This document shows positions 7,898 through 13,814 of a stretch of 13,814 bases of DNA, piece by piece (the first letter of the stretch is position 1; each line of letters begins with the position of its first letter). The notes under the pieces were generated by a model. It saw only the letters and a list, made by a program, of their open reading frames with translations. It was not told the DNA's origin and did no database searches. The position numbers and the translations under genes are program-made. The DNA lies in contig NW_021826025.1 of assembly GCF_006345805.1 (NCBI RefSeq), forward strand, positions 1 to 13,814, read 5' to 3'. The DNA comes from Octopus sinensis (Eukaryota).

Positions 7898-8107
7898 GAA
7901 TGTAGGGGAGTAATAATGGTTCCTGGTTTAGTCCAAGGTCAAACTCAATCTGCCACACCCATGCTCAAAAGTGTTCTAAACAAGACCATCCCGTCTTATG
8001 GTATATTCAGGTGCACATTGTTTAAGGAAACATTACGCTACTCTTCCCAGTAAGTCTGTTACGGTTTGGTTTCTGAAGGTTAGCTTCTATTTTTAGCAGT
8101 TGAAACT

Positions 8108-8518
<411 letters not shown>

Positions 8519-8859
8519 AAGTCTTCTCTCGTTGAATGAAATTCAGCTGTGTGGAATTGGAACGCATTACTTTGATTCTGAGGTTAGAGCTAAAGGTCTG
8601 GCACAGGAAAATGTTTTTGCAGTGGACAAACCTCCTCTCCAGGGGAATAAGTTTCCTTTCATCCAGTTCTTTGTAGCGTAAAGTACGGGATAAAGAGCAA
8701 TCGATCGAATGGATCATTCCCATTTAAGAAAGGATCAGCGAAGCATCTTTATAATCTTGCTAACATCTATAACCCGACCGAAATTGGCCCTGGAAATAAT
8801 CAAAGGAGATCAATATTTATCGACATGTACGAGCATTCATACTTCTATCGGGAGAAAGG

Positions 8860-8900
8860 GTATGTATGTATATATATATGTATATATATAAATATATATA

Positions 8901-8940
<40 letters not shown>

Positions 8941-8972
8941 CATGTATATATATATGTATATATGTATATATG

Positions 8973-9003
<31 letters not shown>

Positions 9004-9265
9004 ATATTATATGTATGTCTGTGTGTGTATACATATATATATGTAAATATATGCATGTATGTATATGTATATATACCTATATATATAAATATATGTATAT
9101 ATTATATCTATATATATATATGTACATACAATGTGTATGTACGTAAATATGTATATATATAAATATATATGTCTGTATGTATATATATGTATATGTGTGT
9201 GTGTATAAGCATAAAGATATATATATATATCACACACATATATATATATACATACATACATACTT
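8860..9265. repeat. Degenerate (TA)n field
   Basis: Directly visible. Confidence 0.95.
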
Positions 9266-9520
9266 ACGTGTGTGCTTGTGTCTTTGACTCTGTGTGTCTG
9301 TTATGCGTTAGCACAAGGGGTGTTTTTCACAGAAGTTTGTGAATGCGTTTTTATATATTTTATTTATTTGTTTGTTTTATACTTTTGATGGAGGTGGGCT
9401 GCTGGAGCGTCGATGTGCTGCCATTGTTGCGACTAGCCATTGTGTTGCTGGAACTGGTATTACGTTATGTGTTTTGGGCAAAGGCCAAACATGAGTTTTT
9501 CATGCTTCAGATTTCCTTGG

Positions 9521-10258
9521 CACCACAACCACCACAATTATCATCACACCCACCTCCACAACCATCATCTCCACGACCATCATCGCCACCAGCAACATCA
9601 TCCCCAGCATCACTACAGCCATCACCACCACAACCACCACCATCACCTTCATCATCACCATTTCTCACCACCACCATCACAACCACCACAACAACCATCA
9701 TCACCACCACCAACACCATCCCCAGCATCACTACAGCCATCACCACCACAACCATCACCACCACAACCATCATCACTATCACCATCATCGCCACCAGCAA
9801 CAGCAACACTACATCCATCACCACCACCACCACCATCATCACCCTCCCCCGCCACAACCACCATCATCACCCTCCCAACCACCAGCACCATCATCACCCT
9901 CCCCCACCACCAGCACCACCATCACCACCACCAGCACCACCATCACCACCACCACAACCACCACCATCACCATCACCACTGGCACCACTGCCACTATCAC
10001 CATCATCATCGCCCGCACCAACCCCATCCCAACTACCAACACCACCACAACCACCATCACCACCACTAACAGCATCATCACCATCACCCTACCACCACCA
10101 TTATCGCCAACACCAACACCATCACCACGCCCGCAACTACGATCACCACCGTCATCATCTCACCATCACCAACACCACCAACATCACTGCCGCCGCCACC
10201 ACTACCACCAACAACAACAACAACCACACCACCTTCACCATCAGCATCGCCACCACCA
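9521..10258. repeat. Degenerate (CAC/CAT/CAA)n trinucleotide low-complexity array
   Basis: Directly visible; internal duplication CATCCCCAGCATCACTACAGCCATCACCACCA at ~9598 and ~9717. Confidence 0.92.
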
Positions 10259-10645
10259 CGGCTGTTGCTATTAATAGCCAAAATACCGATTTAAATCTTA
10301 CTTCAAGAAGAACCTGATTTCATATTATAAGAAGGCATCCATCCATCCATTGAGTGAAGCAGTCAACCAGAAAGAGAAGAAGAAGAAGAAGAAATGAAAG
10401 AAAGCAGCAGCAGCAGTAGCAGCAACAATAGCAACTAGAATAACAGCGGTTCGAACACCTGATCCAAGATGGCTGAAAACTCTAAAGAAATCTGACGAAT
10501 TAGAATATAAATGAGCGAGGGATCGATCCAGCTTTCTGGGTTGGTGAAAATAATCAAAGAAGCTGCGATTTTTCTGTTGTCTGTAAGGAAGGAAAGTTCT
10601 CTGCTCAACGCCACATCAGGCAACACCAAACGGCACCAAACCAAA

Positions 10646-10683
10646 ACACACACACACACACACACACACAGTGTATGTGGGTG

Positions 10684-10722
<39 letters not shown>

Positions 10723-10732
10723 GAGTGTGAGT
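10646..10732. repeat. Adjacent (CA)n and (GT)n tracts (self-complementary)
   Basis: Directly visible. Confidence 0.9.
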
Positions 10733-10830
10733 GATTATAATAAGAATGGAGAAGTTGAAGAATAAAAGAAGGGTAAGAGGAGGAGACGGAGGAGGATGTT
10801 GAGGAACAACAACAGCAACAAAAAGATGAA

Positions 10831-11258
10831 TAGTAGTGGTGGTGGTGATGATGATGATGATGATGATAATCATGGTGACCGATGATGATGATGATTATGA
10901 TGATGTGATGATGATGATGATGATGATAATCATGGTGACGATGATGATGATGATTATGATGATGGTGATGATGATGAATGATGATGAAGATGATGATGTT
11001 GATGATGATGTCGATGATGATGATGAAAAAGAGAAAAGAAAAGAAAGGAAACAAAGAAGAAACTAAGAAGAAGAAGAGAAAGAAAGAGAAGAAGAAGAAG
11101 AAGAAGAAGAAGAAGATAAGAAGAGAAGAAGAAGAAAAAGAAGCAGAAGCGGAAGAAAAAGAAGAAGAAAGAAATAGAAGAATAGAAAAAGAGCAGAAGG
11201 AAGAAGAAGAAGAAGAAGAAGAAGAAGAAGAAGAAGAAGAAGAAGAAGAAGAAGAAGA
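10831..11258. repeat. (GAT)n followed by (GAA)n microsatellites
   Basis: Directly visible; TGATGATAATCATGGTGAC recurs at 10861 and 10921. Confidence 0.95.
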
Positions 11259-11371
11259 GACTGAAGAGTTTGTATGGAAAATAACAAGAAAATGGCTGCT
11301 GCCACCAGCTGTTTCGATGAATATTTATATATCTACAACCTTATCATTTTCTATAGCCATGGCTGGGTTCC

Positions 11372-11468
11372 TTTCTCTCGCTCTCTCCCCCCTCTCTCTC
11401 TCTCCCCTCTCTCTCTCTTTCTATCTATCTATCTCTTTCTTTCTTTCTATCTACCTCTCTTTCTCTCT
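11372..11468. repeat. CT-rich polypyrimidine repeat
   Basis: Directly visible. Confidence 0.9.
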
Positions 11469-11633
11469 GTCCGCAGGGTTTTAGATGTTAACAAATGTAG
11501 GAAGTTCTTGTGGGAAATTTGTTTCAAGGAGCCGAAGTATATAGAGCAGCACCAGCATCACCAGCATTACCACCATCACGTTGAGCAACATTACCATCAC
11601 CACCACTACAACTCCCATGCTGGAGCAGCTGAT

Positions 11634-11797
11634 AGGTGCGGATGTGGTTGTGTGTTAAGAAGTTTGCTTCCGAACCGCATGCTTCTGGATTCAATACCAC
11701 TGCATGGCACCTTGGGCAAGTATCTTCCACTACAGCCCCGAGCCGACCAGAGCCTTGAGGATGGATTTTGCTAGATGGAAACTGTGCTGACATCCGC
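11634..11797 (+). mobile_element. Family-A SINE 5' half, diverged
   Basis: CCACTGCATGGCACCTTGGGCAAGTATCTTCCACTACAGCCCCGAGCCGACCAGAGCCTTGAGGATGGATTTTGCTAGATGGAAACTG aligns with 1805-1890; it ends where family A carries its internal microsatellite. Confidence 0.85.
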
Positions 11798-11800
11798 CAG

Positions 11801-12140
11801 ACATACATACATGCATACATACATACATACATGCATACATACATACATACATACATGTACATACGTTCATACATACATACATACATACATACATACATAC
11901 ATACATACATACATACATACATACATACATACATGCATACATACATACATACATACATACATATGTACATACGTTCATACATACATACATACATACATAC
12001 ATACATGCATACATACATACATGCATACATACATACATATGTACATACGTTCATACATACATACATACATACATATACATATACATACATACATACATAC
12101 ATACATACATACATACATACATACATACAACATACATACA
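11801..12140. repeat. (CATA)n microsatellite with higher-order variants
   Basis: Directly visible; GTACATACGTTCATAC at 11857, 11965 and 12041. Confidence 0.95.
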
Positions 12141-12380
12141 GGCCAGACTGTCAGTCTGTGTAAGCTTGGATTTTCAGAAGTGGAAAACAACCGATTCGCA
12201 CATTACAAATACAAGCTGTAAGCGGAATATTAACTCTATGCAAAACCTTTCTCAGGTTTAAAATGTGACGTAGTTTTCGTTATCTACATTTTAATGATGG
12301 GGCTTTGTATCTTTGCTAGAAGCAAGCTCCTTCTTCAGAGGAAGAATTTAGGAGATTAAATACAAAAGAGATACACATAT

Positions 12381-12792
12381 GGGTGTGGGAGTGGGTGTGT
12401 GGTATGTAGATTGCTAACCAGCCACATGGTTCCGGGTTCAGTTCCACAGCGTGGAACCTTGGGCAAATGTCTTCTACTATAGCCTCGGACCGACCAAAGC
12501 CTTGTGAGGGGATTTGGTAGACGGAAACTGAAAGAATGCCCGTCATATATATGTATATATGTATGTATGTGTGTGTATATATTTGTGTATCTGTGTTTGT
12601 CCCCCCAACATCGCTTGGCAACCGGTGCTGGTGTGTTTACTTCCCCGTAACTTAGCGGTTCGGCAAAAAGACCGATAGAATAAGTACTAGGCTTACAAAG
12701 AATAATTCCCGGGGTCGATTTGCTCGACTAAAGGCGGTGCTCCAGCATGGCCACAGTCAAATGACTGAAACAAATATAAGAGTAAGAGTATA
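12381..12792 (+). mobile_element. Full-length tRNA-derived SINE, family A
   Basis: Colinear with 1743-2165, including head, internal microsatellite and 3' module. Confidence 0.92.
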
Positions 12793-12893
12793 TACCAGTC
12801 GACAAACGAAAGAGGCATTCAACCACACATTTAGCAGAAGTTTACGCATATTGTTTAACAGCGATATGACACAGCTCCATATGAATTAAAATG

Positions 12894-12987
12894 TCGTAGG
12901 GTCGTAGAACGAACAATGTCGGGACGCATCTAAAAGACACTCTCTCCTAGATGCTTGACGAGGTATGTTCGTCCTACGAGCCCACGA
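12894..12987. repeat. Imperfect ~94-nt inverted repeat (foldback or MITE-like)
   Basis: 12894-12915 vs reverse complement of 12966-12987 matches 19/22; inner GCATCTA (12926-32) / TAGATGC (12948-54) is perfect. Confidence 0.75.
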
Positions 12988-13484
12988 AACTAAGTTGCAG
13001 GCAAAAGAGTAAAATTATCAGATTGAATTATGTATGTACGTATGAGTGTTTGGCTTGTGTATGTGTGTGTATGCGTGTGCATGCATGTGTGTATGTATGT
13101 GTGTGTGTGGAATTTGGCCATTGCTGCTTTTTATTCTAATACGTTCCTTTATGATATTGTATGTGTTGTTCGTATGGTTGGAAGGTTAAACTGCAGATAG
13201 TCGTTAAAATACTGGGGTTTTATAGACTCGGTTGAAAAAATAATGGAAAATTTATCAAGAGGAGATAAGCTATAGAGAAAAGCTTAATTCAAATTTTAAA
13301 AAGTAAAAGAAACACACGAGATTTGAAACTGACTTTTCGGATTTTTGAAATTACCTCTAAATTGCCACCAATCTAAAAAGTACGTGCGCACAAACTCTCA
13401 CTAACACAAAGACACATACACATAAACACACAGACATACACTTGCATACGTAATATAATTGATTAGAGAGATAAATTTAAATAT

Positions 13485-13488
<4 letters not shown>

Positions 13489-13520
<32 letters not shown>

Positions 13521-13814
13521 ATGTATATATATGTATATATGTGTGTGTGTTCATATTTCTACGCACATACATATATTCGTATATTATATACATCTATATT
13601 CATATATACACATATATATTTCCATGAATTTGTATATGTTTCTGTGTGTATGTATAGACATATATATATATGTGTGTGTGTGTGTTGTTATGCGTGTGCG
13701 TATGTGTATGTATCTATTTATGTATGTGCTTCCATATACAGATATACATCCATGCATATATAAATGTATATGTGAACATATGTGCGTATGTATGTGCTAT
13801 ATATATATGTATGT
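13489..13814. repeat. (TA)n/(GT)n degenerate microsatellite field
   Basis: Directly visible. Confidence 0.92.

Noticed and set aside
8521-8723. Minus-strand 143-aa ORF with a non-repetitive N-terminal half
   Set aside because: No recognisable domain or splice boundaries; it runs into the (ATCT)n repeat.
9343-10317. 324-aa ORF (Pro/Thr/His-rich, mucin- or extensin-like) with a hydrophobic N-terminus
   Set aside because: Open only because the (CAC/CAT) array lacks stops; overlapping frames on both strands are also open and the composition switches with frame. No domain is recognisable.
10836-11484. Met/Asp/Lys/Glu-rich ORFs
   Set aside because: Translations of (GAT)n and (GAA)n repeats.
11616-11627. 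CATGCTGGAGCA, the reverse complement of the family-A tail motif
   Set aside because: Only 12 nt with no extension; cannot be supported as an element.
11524-12221. MYVC and HTYI repeat ORFs (also at 689-972, 6867-7238 and 8817-9261)
   Set aside because: Microsatellite artefacts.

Overview
Eukaryotic, AT-rich, repeat-dense non-coding DNA, most likely intronic or intergenic. The repeat families look like coleoid cephalopod (Octopus) SINEs; this is my pattern recognition, not a database result. No credible protein-coding gene is present, and nearly all listed ORFs are translations of microsatellites or SINEs. The window holds about ten tRNA-derived SINE copies or fragments from about four families (one internally trimeric, one head/tail chimera), a decayed CR1/Jockey-like LINE 3' end, and many simple repeats. 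The most notable structure is at 2285-2777: a ~150-bp inverted repeat around a (TAA)n(TAG)n spacer. Each arm carries a minimal type-I hammerhead ribozyme motif of the kind associated with Penelope-like elements. The plus-strand copy is preceded by a tRNA B-box-like remnant, suggesting a hammerhead-bearing, tRNA-headed non-autonomous retroelement. A third, unrelated minimal hammerhead relic lies at 541-577. Other oddities: a ~94-nt foldback (12894-12987), a cluster of four AGGTCA nuclear-receptor half-sites including a perfect DR1 (6475-6548), and an old degenerate tandem repeat split by a SINE insertion.
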